64,000 nucleotides of DNA from Gracilinanus agilis (lineage: Eukaryota), in the NCBI RefSeq assembly GCF_016433145.1, contig NC_058130.1, positions 525,897,012 through 525,961,011 on the forward strand, written 5' to 3'. The position numbers were made by a program, and so were the translations under genes. Numbering within the stretch: position 1 is the first letter of the stretch; the number at the start of each line of letters is the position of its first letter. This document shows positions 39,946 to 51,909 of this stretch, in pieces. A model generated the notes under the pieces. The model did no database searches. It was given only the letters and a program-made list of their open reading frames with translations, and was not told the origin of the DNA.

Positions 39946-40859
39946 GCATATCCCCGCCATTTTTTGATGTTAGCATCTGGTGGAAGTTGAGCCTACATGC
40001 AAATAAAAGGGATAATAGCTTTGTAGCAATGGTCAATAGATGTCCACCTCTCTTCTAGTTCTCTTTTATATGCTGTCTTTTCCACCATTAGAATATAAGC
40101 TACTTGAAGGCAGAGGCCGTCTTTTTGTTTTTCTTTTTTTTTTTCTGTATTCTCAGAGCTTGTCAAATGTGGGTAATTTAGACCAGTATTTCTAGTGTTT
40201 TATGGAAACTTATCTGTTTCAGGGCCACTTGCATATTCAGGCCTGTTTGGGAATAGGAGGATTGGTAAAAAATTACATTTCTGAGTTTTGTGACCCTTGG
40301 GTAGTCTTTTAATCTCTCTATAGTTAAATTGTTGTTGTGTTATTTTTCAGTCATGTTCAACTTTTCATGATCCCATTTGGGGTTTTCTTGGCAAAGAAAC
40401 GAGAGTGTTTGCTATTTCCTCCTCCAACTCATTTTAAAAATGAGGAAACTGAGGTAAACAGGATCCTCATCAAAAAATGACGTAGTTGGACTTGGTTTCT
40501 AAACTCCCTACCAGCTCCAAATCCCAAAACCTTTGATCCTTATTATTTCCAACCATCTAATGTTATTACCCCTCTCTCTTAATCTGGCCATCAGTCATGA
40601 TAAGGAGTAAACTTAATGCTTTCCTTTGAGCAAGAAAAATGAATTTAGCTGAGAGCAAGTTCTGCTTTTCTGTATCCTAGTTTTGTAGGCAGCCAAATGC
40701 TTTTGCTCTCCTGGCTCAGTGAAGTAAGCATAGGCTTTTATTTCCCTGCCAAAACTCAGCATATTCAATTGTTCTTGTCAGAGACAAGGAAGGATATATT
40801 GTGGAATCCCTTTTTTCTAGATGGTGTGGGTTCACCAAATAAAGGGTTGTTTCTTTTAG

Positions 40860-41380
40860 TCTCCAGGGAATCCTCTATACAGATGAACAAAGTCTTAATG
40901 CTTTTCACTCCATGCTCATAAACCTTTAGTAGCTCCCTATTCCCCTACAATAAAAATATAAATTCTTTTGCTTGTCATTTAAGGCTCTTTACAACCTTGC
41001 TTTAAATTGCCTTCTCAGTCTTAGATCATTCTGTTTCTTTTTCTTACACTCTCCATTCCAATCAAACTCATCTTTACCTGATCCCCCTACCTTCCTCTCC
41101 ACTTCTCTCCTCTCCTCTCCCTTACCCTTCCATCCTTCCCTCCCTCCTGGGCTCTCTCAATCCTTAATCTTTCCTAGAATACTTTGTATGTATCTCTTAT
41201 TTGTGCCTAGCATATTCTATCTCATATTATATTTATCCTATCTTTCTCTTGATCTTATGGAGGACAGGGACAGTATCAGTTTTCTACACTGTATCACTAG
41301 ACCCTCAGAATACCTATGTATCCCTCAAAGAGAGCACATCCCTTGCATATAGCACAGTAAATATTTAATAAACATGTATT
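40860..41380 (+). mobile_element. L2 LINE 3' fragments
   Basis: 'tagctccctattcccctac...aaggctctttacaaccttg' and terminal 'gacagggacag...gcacagtaaatatttaataaacatg'. Confidence 0.55.
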
Positions 41381-41383
41381 AAA

Positions 41384-41588
41384 GGGGGCAGCTAGGTGAG
41401 TTAGTGGATTGTGAACCAAGCCTAGAAGTCTTGGGTTCAAATCCGACCTTGGACACTTCCTCACTATGTGACCCTGGGCAAGTCATTTAACCCCTATTGC
41501 CTATCCCTTACCACTCTTCTGCCTTGGAACTAATACATAGAATTGATTCTGAAACAGAAGGTAAGAGTTTACAAAACAAAATAAAAAA
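41384..41588 (+). mobile_element. SINE1_Mdo-type SINE (older)
   Basis: 'gggggcagctaggtgag...ccttaccactcttctgccttggaactaatacatag...gaaggtaagag'. Confidence 0.9.
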
Positions 41589-42501
41589 CCACATATTTAG
41601 TTCAAACAATCAATCAACCAATCAGCAAATTGAATAAAGTCATAGAATTCAGAGACAGAATGGCTTGTAGGAACCATTCAAGCCAACCACTTAATAATAA
41701 TATTAATTTTAATGATATAGTGCCTGAAGGTTTACAAGCACTTATAGAAATATTATCTCATTTTATCCTCAAAATTACCCTGTGGCGAGAGTGCTATTAT
41801 TGTTTCCATTTTACAGGTGAGGAAATTGAGGCAGGCAGTGGTTAAATGACTTGCCTAGGATCTCATAGCTAACATATGAGATAAAATTTGAACTCAGGTA
41901 TTCTTAACTCCATATATTGAACTCTATGCATAGCATTACCTAAAGAGAAAAAAAAAAGGCTTGGAGAGATTGTGGCTTGCTCAAATTAGTAAATGAAACA
42001 GGTTTTTTTGAGCAACATAGTACAGTAAATAGAATTTTGGACTTAGAATTGGAGGACCTGGATTGGAATCGTAGCACTACTGTTTTATTAACTGTAACCT
42101 TAAGTCAGATAAGATGTCTGGTCAGAAAAAAAAAAGACAGTTCTAGCATCAAAGAGTTTATAGTCTAATGGGGGAGATATGAAAATAAGCATATACAAAC
42201 TACAAATAGGGGAAAAATTGTTGTTATTTGTCCTTTGTTTTTGAAGAGGATCAATGACATGACAGGGTCTCAACTTGTGTAAGAAATAGATTTAAGTGAG
42301 ATAAAGTTGCACAAAGTCATCAACTTTCCTCTCTCTTCCAGAGTCATCAAAGTTCATTGGCAAGCCAAAAACCAGGAGGACTAGTGATAGTTTGGGATGC
42401 AGTGGATAACATTGGCATCTTTAAAGTCTGACCAAGCTCTATGCACTCCTCAGAGCCTGTTTCTGTTGTCTTCATTTCCATTGTAACAAATTGTTCTAAT
42501 C

Positions 42502-42702
42502 CAGTGATGGGCAAACTTTTTAAAGAAGGGGCCAAAGGAAAGGAAATGCTCATCTATCAGTCTGTTTCTAAGGCAACTCTTTCAAAGTTTCATTGTTTTG
42601 TATCCTACTCATTGTATTTTTCAGATTAGGAATAATTTCACTCGGGATAGAACATTTCATGGTGCCACATCTGGCCCACGGGCCATAGTTTGCCCATCAC
42701 TG
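42502..42702 (-). mobile_element. hAT MITE, 201 bp, same family as 7710-7898
   Basis: Perfect 15-bp TIRs CAGTGATGGGCAAAC / GTTTGCCCATCACTG; 8-bp TSD ttctaatc / ttataatc. Confidence 0.95.
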
Positions 42703-42867
42703 TTATAATCTTCCAATTTCACTAGAGAAAGTCTTCACATGCATGGTGTAGACATCCCCAAAGGTTTGACTACAGGTTTGAGGTCTGACAATTACCTTCA
42801 CACTGGTTTAGCCCATCTGCTGAAAGAAAGGGCTTTTCCTTGGGTATGGCCTCTGTATTCCCTATAG

Positions 42868-43223
42868 CTGTGATGGCAAACCTATGTGTGGCATGTGTGG
42901 CAAAGATGGCATGCAGAGATGTCTCTGTAGGCACATGAACTGTCACCCACCAGAGTTAGTTATTAGAAAAGCAGAGGGACTTGGGAGGAGTTGTTCCTTT
43001 CCTTCTTTCTACTGCTCCTCCTCTGCCCAGCAGCCCAATGGAAGCACTTACCTCCTCCCTTGAGCAGAGCACCTGAGCCACTCCTCTCTCTTTATCCCTC
43101 CCCTGGTTGGGGTAAGGTAGGTGGGTGGAGCACTCAATCTTGGGGGTGGGGCATGGAACCCAGTCTGAGGGGGAGTTCATTGCACACAGTATCTAAAAGG
43201 TTCTAAAAAGTTTGCTATCACTA
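42868..43223 (+). mobile_element. hAT MITE, OposCharlie1 (OC1)-like non-autonomous element
   Basis: TIRs 'ctgtgatggcaaacct' / 'aagtttgctatcacta' resemble CAGTGATGGCGAACCT; subterminal 'tggcatgtgtggcaaagatggcatgc'; degenerate 8-bp TSD ccctatag / tgcaatag. Family name is from memory. Confidence 0.75.
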
Positions 43224-43359
43224 TGCAATAGTTTCTTGGAGCCATAGGTGAGAAATGAATTACAAGTGAATGCCAAAGATGCATGAGTAGCTCTAAAAAG
43301 GGCACAACAAATTTTCACACCAGAGGTGCTAGTCTTCCCTGAACATCCTATACAACCCT

Positions 43360-43860
43360 CAGGATAAAAAGGAAATAATTAATGAAGGGAAGACACTAGA
43401 ATTAAAAGAGATTAGGAAAGTTGTCCTGTAGAAGTTAAGATTTTTAGTTGGTACTTAAAGGAAGCTAGGGAATCCAGTAGGCAAAAATGAGGAGGAAGAG
43501 AGCATTCTAGGCATGGGGGTTAGAGAAATTGCCCAATATGGGCTGGGTCCAGGGAAATATGGTCAAACTTGTGCTTTAGGAAAATCACTCTGGTTGCTGA
43601 ATGGAGGAGGTATGAGAAGAGACTTGAGGCAGGCGGCAGATCCCACCCCAGCAGGCTGTTATAATAGTTCAAGGATGAGGTGATGAGGGCCTGCAGAAGA
43701 GGAGGGGGCATATTTGAGATATATTACAAAGGTGTCATAGATAGACCTTGACAATAAATTGATATGAGGGTGAGGGATAGTGAGGAATTGAAGGTAATAC
43801 CTTGGTGGTAAGACCAGCAGACTAGGACAATAGTGCTGCTCTTGACAGTAAAGGTAAGGT
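43360..43860 (-). mobile_element. L2 LINE fragment
   Basis: Minus-strand ORF 43520..43711 (ALITSSLNYYNSLL...LLHSATRVIFLKHKFDHI) is the typical L2 ORF2 C-terminal translation. Confidence 0.8.
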
Positions 43861-45296
43861 AGGAGGGGCTCTCAATGTTCTTGCTTATAAAATGAGGTAT
43901 ACAAGATGATCTTTAATTAACACTCTCTTCCCCAGTTCTAAATCCATGAAACTCAAGTATTCTGCCTTTAAATAGAGTGCCCTTGACACTATGCTCCTCC
44001 ATTTAACTACCTTCTTCCTTCTCTTTTATCTTCTAACTCTTGCTTAGTTTGATTCTGAATAAAATGGACTTTTCTGCTATTACTTCCTCTCTTTCCTTCT
44101 TTTCTTAGTCTACTCAACTACTAAAAATCAACTCTAATCATGTCTGGTAGCCACAGTGGTAGCACCAACAACATACTATATTTAGGAAGGGTAGAGACAA
44201 AGTTTGACGTGAAATTAAATATAATGAAGAATAAGGTGTTTTAACTTCTTAAAGCCTTGAAAATGTTCAAGAGACTTGAACTTCATCAAAGTATCCATCT
44301 ACTCTTGCAACCTTTTCCAAACAGGGATGACAACATGCTATAGTGTGAAATGTAATGGATTTGGAGTCAGATCATCCATGGGTTCAGATATTGCCTCTAA
44401 CACTTCTTATGTGACTGGACAAGACACTAAATCTTTCTCTGTTCTTGGCTTTTGGACTACAAAACTATGCCTTTGATGCTGTCTCTTCCTTACAGCATTT
44501 AACCAACCCTACGGTTTTCTCAACCTATAATACCCCTCTGCAAACCCACCCCTTTCTTCCACTGATTAGCTTCTCTTGGAACCATCATTTTACAAAGGGG
44601 TCTGAGATAGTCATTCTTCCCTCCATTCTTAACTTATAGACTTCAGAACCATATCCTCAATCTTAGCACCTTCTTTTCCTTCTCCACTTCCCTACTTTTC
44701 AGCTGCCTTTCCTGTGTTGTCTTTCCTCTTTAGATTATAAGTTTCTAAGGGTAAGGACAGTCATTTTGCGTATATTTATATCCCAAGCACTTAATACAGT
44801 GCATGGCACAGAGTAAATGCTTAATAAATGCTTGTTTCTTCTCTTCCCTCTTTTAATTTTTTGTCCCAGTTTACTACCTACAAAATGGAGATGATAATAC
44901 CTATAGTACCTTTCTCAAGGCTCATTCTGAGTATTAAGTTATATAGCAAATGCAAAGTGCTTTTTGAACCTTAAATCACTAATAGAAATATTTGCTATCA
45001 TTATTCTAAAAGTTTAATTCACGAAAAGTCAAGATGAAAAAAATTCTCAACTACTATTTAATTGTGAGTATTACAACAGTATTATTTTCTATTAGTTTTC
45101 TTCACAAATACATAGCATTTAAACTAAATTATAGGGTAAATAGACCTTAATGGTCTATTCTATAAATATATCCCTTACTTATAACTTTGTTTTTACCTAC
45201 ATTGAATTCTAACTCTAACGCCTCATTGTTGTATACAAGCAACCTGGTTTCTTGAAGACTGTCAACAGACCACAGGCTCTGGTGAGGGAGGCTTAC

Positions 45297-45374
45297 TCAG
45301 CCACAGACTTTGAATACAGTACAGTCATGATATTTAACTGTGTGCATTTCATTGCCAGAATAATTTAGCTAAAT
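45297..45374 (-). other. Candidate 78-nt exon
   Basis: ccctctttag | exon | TGA-gtaagc. Confidence 0.18.
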
Positions 45375-46477
45375 CTAAAGAGGGTTTACAATTAAGTACT
45401 AAAATTTTAAGCAACAACAACCCACCAAAACCATCAAAGCATAGAGGGGCTATGATCTATGTCAAAGGAAGAAGTGCGCTGATGCCATCCCAGATCCTTG
45501 AATTCCTGAACCATTTCTTGAGAAAACGTAATTTAAACTCACAAAACTTGACTACTAAAATGAGCTTTAGGAACAAAGCTTAGTAGGTAACTGGGCATTT
45601 CCTATATTCAAAATGTTAGCTCCTTTACTACAATTGTCTAAATTATCAGATACCTTGAGTTATCGCCTTATAAACCCAATTGCATTAAGTCTTAACTAAG
45701 ATGGGTCTTAGATTAAGAGAAATGAAATAATATTTGAACTCCTTTCAAGGGTTCAAAAATGTAGGCATGGCCTTATTCATCTAAATTTAAAGTAGGGAAA
45801 AGAGAATGAAATAATTCTTCCTCTATCACCTTGATGAGGCCTGCCAATCTTAATTATGGTCCCCTTCACAGATGTCATTCTAGGTAGGTGAAGGAAGAAA
45901 AGTAAAGGAGAAATCAAGGGGGAAAAGGAATTAAAGAAATGGGTAAGAAAATGAGAGGTAAGTGAAATGGACCATTCAGTAGCTAAGATAGGGCAAATGT
46001 AGCATTGTCCCAGAGTAGTTTTAAAAAAAATTTTTTTTTAATGTTACGGATAGAACTTCAGAAGATATTAACAACCAGGCTTAACATTTAATCCACAAAA
46101 AATAATTAAAATAGGAAGTTATTTCCTAGTCACTACTCCCTAAGAGAGTCTTCTCTCCCTTTCTATCTCATCCCTTATCTCCATCCTTGACACTCTCCAA
46201 GCAGTGACAGTCTCCTACTGGCCATGTGATAAGCATTTATCAAATGCCCACTATGTGCTAGGCAAGACTATATTACTCTTTATTCTCAGCAGTCAAGTTC
46301 CATGGACAAGTCCAGATATAAATACAAAAAAAAAAAACCCAAACCCAGCATCTTTCCTCCAGGAGCTCACATCTCATTGGAGGGAAGAATAAAAGACATA
46401 TTCACAGATAAATAAATACAGAATGTATGCAAAATAAAAACAACTGAAAGAATAAACAATACACTCTTTTAAAAAAA

Positions 46478-46674
46478 CAAACAACCTTACCTTCCACCTT
46501 AGAATCAATACTATGAGTTGGTTCCAAGGCAGAAGAGTGGTAAGGGCTAGGCAATGGGGGTCAAGTGACTTGCCCAGCATCACACAGCTAGGAAGTGTCT
46601 GAGGCTAGTTTTGAACCTAGGACCTCCCATCTCTAGGCCTGGTACTCAATTCACCGAGCTACCCAGCTATCCCC
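46478..46674 (-). mobile_element. SINE1_Mdo-type SINE inserted in an L2 relic
   Basis: 'ccttaccttccaccttagaatcaatac...gcagaagagtggtaagggctaggcaatggggg...gagctacccagctatcccc'. Confidence 0.92.
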
Positions 46675-48382
46675 AAACAATGCCCTCTTAAAGGAACAAA
46701 CATTTGAGTTGAGTCAGAGAGTTCTTAAGGCCCAAGACAAGTGATCATGGGAGCATTTCAGACATGGGAGACAGCCAGTGCAAAGGCATAGAAATGTCTT
46801 CTGGATGTTGTCTATCATAAGCAGTAAGAGGACCAGTTTGGCTAGAATGTGGAGTACAAAGAGGAGGAATGAATAATCAGCTTAGAAAGATGGGCAACAG
46901 GAATTTATGAAGAGCTTTAAATGGCAGAAGTTTATATTTTATCCTGCAGGTAAAGGGAAACCACTGAATTTTCTCAATTAAAGGAGTGTCATGGCCAGAC
47001 CAGTGTTTTTGGAATATAAATTTGGCAGCTGTGGGGAAGATGAATTGGAATGGGGAGAGACAGCAGGCATTGTGATTAATTTTATATTAGTTCCAGCAAG
47101 AGGGCATCAGAACCCGAAGTAGGATAATTGTGGCATAGACAAATTTATAATACCCATTGGCCACAACATAAGAGAGCTTTTCTCCATTTTGTCTCCATCT
47201 TGCTCCATACAGCAGTGGCATCATGTTGTCTTGATATTTCTCTCCCCACAAAGTTTTGGGTCTTGTTATGGTAATTTCTACCATAACAGTCTTCAGATAC
47301 ATGGTCTTTTTTTCCTAAAGACTCTCCTTATCAATCCCATTTATTGTCCCTTCATAAATAAATTCATTCTTACCTTTTCTCCCCTAGGAAAAAAAAGTTG
47401 CTATGAGAATACATTTTGTGCTGCTTGCCCCTGTCAGCAAAATTCCAAGTTATGGATTTGAAAAAGAAGTTGACACCTTTGTAATTGAGTTGAAAATTTA
47501 AAACTGAAGAAAGAGGAGGATGACTGCTTCAACTCACTCCCACTCTCAAAGATTCCACTGCTAGATCATGATCAATCAATCAATCAACAATTTTGTATTA
47601 CATTTATTGTACTCCAACATAACTATTCTAGGTAGAAGGATATTCAAAGACAAAAATGAAACAAACTCTCACTTGTATGGAGGGAGGCAATTTGTCCACA
47701 AATAAACATATACAAAATAATACAAAATAATCTGTGGGGAGAACACAACAGCTAGAGGATCAGAAAAGATTCTGTTTACAACATACTTCAACTTAGCTTT
47801 GGGAGTTCTAGGAGGAGGTGAAAAGAACATACATTCTAGGTAGAAGGGCAGCTTTTTCAAAACAGATTTCTTAAACAGTGCTGTGCCCTTAGGGGCTCTC
47901 ATACTGAAGGAAAAGTGAAGCACAGGTTATATCTGAAGTTAAATTTTAGCCCATTACATTGGGTGCAGCAGAGTATAGTTTGAACTGTAAGTCACATGCC
48001 AAAATAACACTCTAAAACAAAAGAACCATAAAAAGAAGGATTAGTCACTACATTAAAGAAAAGAGGGAAAAATAACACCCACACGTTTTGAAATTCTCTC
48101 TCTTATCCTAAAGAACAATTCCTGTTTTGAAGCAAATTTTCAAATTTAACAGTATTCCATCACTTTCTAGAGAATGTTTAGCAGTGTGAGCAAAAACTCT
48201 TCCATCATGCACGTTCTAATGATAAACACTGCTTTTGCAGTTTTTAGGTTAAAAGGAAGAGGTAAAATTTATCCAAATATGAAAAACATGCCACATTTTG
48301 TGCTCATAAATAGAAACCAGTGCTGGATTGGAAGGGAGAGCCTGGAATGTTGCCCAAAGAGAATGTAATGTACACTTCTTAC

Positions 48383-48421
48383 CTTTTGAAAATCCTTTTC
48401 TTCTTGACTTTTCATCATTTC
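48383..48421 (-). other. Candidate 39-nt exon (EMMKSQEEKDFQK)
   Basis: ttgttcttag | purine-rich exon | AAG-gtaaga; weak pyrimidine tract. Confidence 0.2.
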
Positions 48422-50055
48422 CTAAGAACAATTTTTGTTCGTGTTGGAGCAATTCAATGGCAGGCTTAATCTGTGCATATGTAATTCATTTCAAAAAATT
48501 TGAAAGGCATCCAGAGACTTTTCATATTTAGGACAATTTTTAAAATGTCAACTCAGTAATTATTTTACAGAAGAAAACGTACTAGTAACATTACTAGGTC
48601 TAAGAACTTTTATTTTGTAAAGGATGACTGTATTTGTTGAGATAAGACATCTGCTAAGATCTGAAAAAAAATCTGTTGATAAGAGAGTATCAGTGATGGA
48701 GAGCTAGAAGGGTCATTAGGCATCATATAGTTCAATCCTTTTCATCTTTACAGATGAGGACCAGAGATATTAAATTACATGATCAAGGGCACAGAGTCAG
48801 TAAATGGCAAACAGAATTTGGACCTTAGTCCTCTGATTCCAAATTCAGCATTCTTCCTATTTTAATGGATTATCTTACCCAGAACCAGCCCAACTGAAGC
48901 TATTAAGTAAGCATTATGTATTGAAGGCTTGGGGATGAGGTATCATCCTGAAACCCTTTTAATTACAGACACATCAAGCAAAAGGAGTACATATGAAATG
49001 GGAAATAAAAGCAGGCTGGCTGCAAAAGAGACAGAAGGAAAGGACAAACATAAGACAACTGGTGGTGTGGAATATTGAAAGAATAAGCAACAGTGAGAGA
49101 ATAATATTTTCCCCGAACTAAGTGTGTGTGTCATCTGAAATCAGTAGATGAACTATTCATGGGCCATTTTCCTGGCTTATTTAATATGATAAGAGATAGA
49201 TTTAAAAAAAAAGTTTTATATTAGCATAGCGAAAAAGAAATATGAAATCAAAATCCATAGTTTACAAAATGTATGACATTAAAATAAAGAAATAATAGAA
49301 AATAATGTACAAGCAAATATCTGACAGGCTAGTGTTTAAAAGGAAGGGAAAAAAACAATGGTTTCATGTCTTTTAGTGTTTCTGACTTTTATGATAATTA
49401 ATTATTTTGACAAAAAAATAACCATTAGTTCAAAGCAAGATTCTTGTGGACACACAGTACAATCTCCTAAAAGAAACTATATCTAGGAGTAGGTAGAGCA
49501 CACAGATATGAAAAACAATTCAAAGCCATTTCTTTCTTCTATCACAATGCCACTTATTTTTCCTTCCTTATTGTCAACCCCATCCATTCTGCTTTTTCCT
49601 TTGGTTCCTGTCTTCAGTTGATCTTATTAGAAACATTGCTTCATTTCCCTCAGGGCAGTCATGTAGCCAAGGTAGCTTCTTATCTCACATGACCTAGAGC
49701 ACAACATCATGTGTGCAAGTGGATACCTAATCCTTTGCTGTGGAAAAGATGCAGCAGTGATAATTGTGAGCCTGGATTTCTGTTTAAGTTTCTCTCTTGA
49801 ATAGCAGCATCACATATCCCAATCTTATCAAAGAGAGATGATTCAAAAGATAACGGGTGTAGCCACCACCCAACCCCTCAATACTTCATGCTTCTAATAC
49901 AGGCAGCAATGCTAGAAATGTATACAAAAGTAGACAAAGAACCAGATTATTTTTAATCTACCAGATAAAGAGAGAAGGAGTTAGGGGTAGACTCTGCATA
50001 GGTCCCAGGATTGGTTCAATTACAAATTCAGACATAAAGTAGATGATGTGATTAC

Positions 50056-50085
50056 CTGAATCATGTATTGATTTTCTACTTTAAG
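50056..50085 (-). other. Candidate 30-nt exon (only frame 0 open: LKVENQYMIQ)
   Basis: ttttgctttaatccttag | exon | CAG-gtaatc; TE-free context. Confidence 0.22.
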
Positions 50086-50279
50086 CTAAGGATTAAAGCA
50101 AAATAGCTCAAATAACATGAATCCATTAAAATCAACTGAAGGAGTTTGGGGCAGAATACAAAATTGATTTTAAAATGATAATCAAAGCACCCCGAACATC
50201 TGTTAATCCTGCTAACTCCCTTCAAGTTACTGTTTTCTTGATCTCCTTCCCCTCCTCTCTAAATTCCTTAAAAGAGTTA

Positions 50280-51700
50280 TCTATACTTGCTACATCTACT
50301 TCTTCCCCATTACTTTTGCCCCTACTACTCTACATAAACTGCTTTCCAGGATGTCATTAATGTACTCCTAATCAAGAAATCCAAAGGCCTTTGCTAGTTC
50401 CCATCCTTTTTGATTTCTCTACAGTATCTGAAATTGTTAATTCCCCTTCTTTAAGTTCTCTCTTTCATTTATCTCCATGATGCCTCACCACTTTTTCTTC
50501 ACTAAACATTCTTTTTTTGTTGTTGTTCTTGGCACCTTATCCTGCCCCTAATGTGTAAAATAAGTGGTTCTCTACAGTTCTGTCCTTAGTCCTCTTTAAA
50601 CTTCTTGCTCTCTTTCTCTACGGCTCTCTCCCTTGACATTATATTCTCTTTCAACTGTCTTTGTCCCAATAGTTTGAAATCTTTATCTCCAGCACCAGCT
50701 CTCTTCCCAAATTCTAGTCTCACTTTACACATACATCTCTACCTAGATGTACTGCTGGAAGTTGAAACTCAATATATCAAAAACTGAACTCATTATTTTC
50801 CTCTCTTTACCACCCCGGAATATCTCCTCCACTATTTTTAAAGTTTTATCTTCTTGATCACCCTTTTATTCTTGCTCTGAAAACATTCTCCTAGTTAACC
50901 ACTTTGAAACCTCAGAGACAGTTTTAATTCATAACTAATTTACTTCTTAATAGCTAACATATATAAACTTTAAAGGCTTGCAATGCATTTTACACACATT
51001 ATCTCATCAAATCCTCACAATAATCCTGTGAGATCAGTGCTCACATTATCCTCATTTTATTGATGAGGATACTGAGGCTTTTTGAAGTTAAATGATTTCC
51101 CCCAGAGTTAAGAGTCACACAGCTTGTGACTAAGGAAGCATTTGAACTTGGATCTCATTCCCCACATCTGATGAATCATCCTATCCTCCCAATTCTACTT
51201 GTACAGTGTATCTTTCCATTCTGATTGCTCAGAACTTTACTGCTTTTTGCCTGGAACCTTGTCTTCAGTCTCTTTCTCCTCCAATCTACCTAGGTAATAT
51301 CACTTCCAGAATCAGATTTTTTTCATCAGTATCTATGATCATGTTACTCCCTCATCAAAAAGTTTCATTGGCTCCCCGTTATCTAATGAATTAAGTCTGA
51401 AATTCGAGACCTTACATTCAAGACCCTTCTTTCTTTATACTCAGGATCCCTACAGACTTATACTGGATTATAGACAAAATTCAATCACTTTTTAACTATA
51501 CATTTGTCTCCCTTCTCTCCTCCAAGTCTCTACTAGTATTTTTCTCTCTACCTGGAATAGCTTCGCTCCCTATTTCCTGCTATTAAAATCTTATATATAA
51601 TTCAAGTCCTAGATCAAATGCTATTTCCTTCATGAATGAATGAATGATTTTCTTAGCCAGTTATCAAATATCCCTTTCTTTGTAGCTTCTCCTCCCCACA
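50280..51700 (+). mobile_element. L2 LINE fragments interrupted by a MIR (about 50955-51160)
   Basis: 'ctaatcaagaaatccaaaggcctttg...aaaactgaactcattattttcc' and 'gatcatgttactccctc...ttggctcccc' L2 blocks. Confidence 0.65.
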
Positions 51701-51909
51701 ATACTTTCTTTAAACCTCATATTTTTTATATTCTTATTAATATTATTAAGTTTAGAGGTTATTTATTTATAATATTATTTAAGTAATATTATTTAATAAT
51801 AAGTAATATTATGTAAGTAATATTATTTAGTTTAGAGTTTAAGATTTCTCATTAGATCTTTTGTCTTCTATATTAGTACTTATACTTGGCTTTTCTTAAT
51901 GTTAGCTAG

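Larger units (their letters stand above)
42219..43355 (-). mobile_element. WALLSI4-type RTE-derived SINE, near full length, carrying two nested hAT MITEs
   Basis: Three colinear pieces (42219-42501, 42711-42867, 43232-43355) matching the remembered consensus: 'gttcagggaagactagcacctctggtgtg', 'ggctccaagaa', 'gatgggctaaaccag', 'atgcatgtgaagactt', 'gatgactctggaagagagag', (caa) tail. Confidence 0.8.

Noticed and set aside
43520-43711. Protein-like ORF MPPPLLQALITSSLNYY...
   Set aside because: L2 LINE ORF2 remnant, not a host gene.
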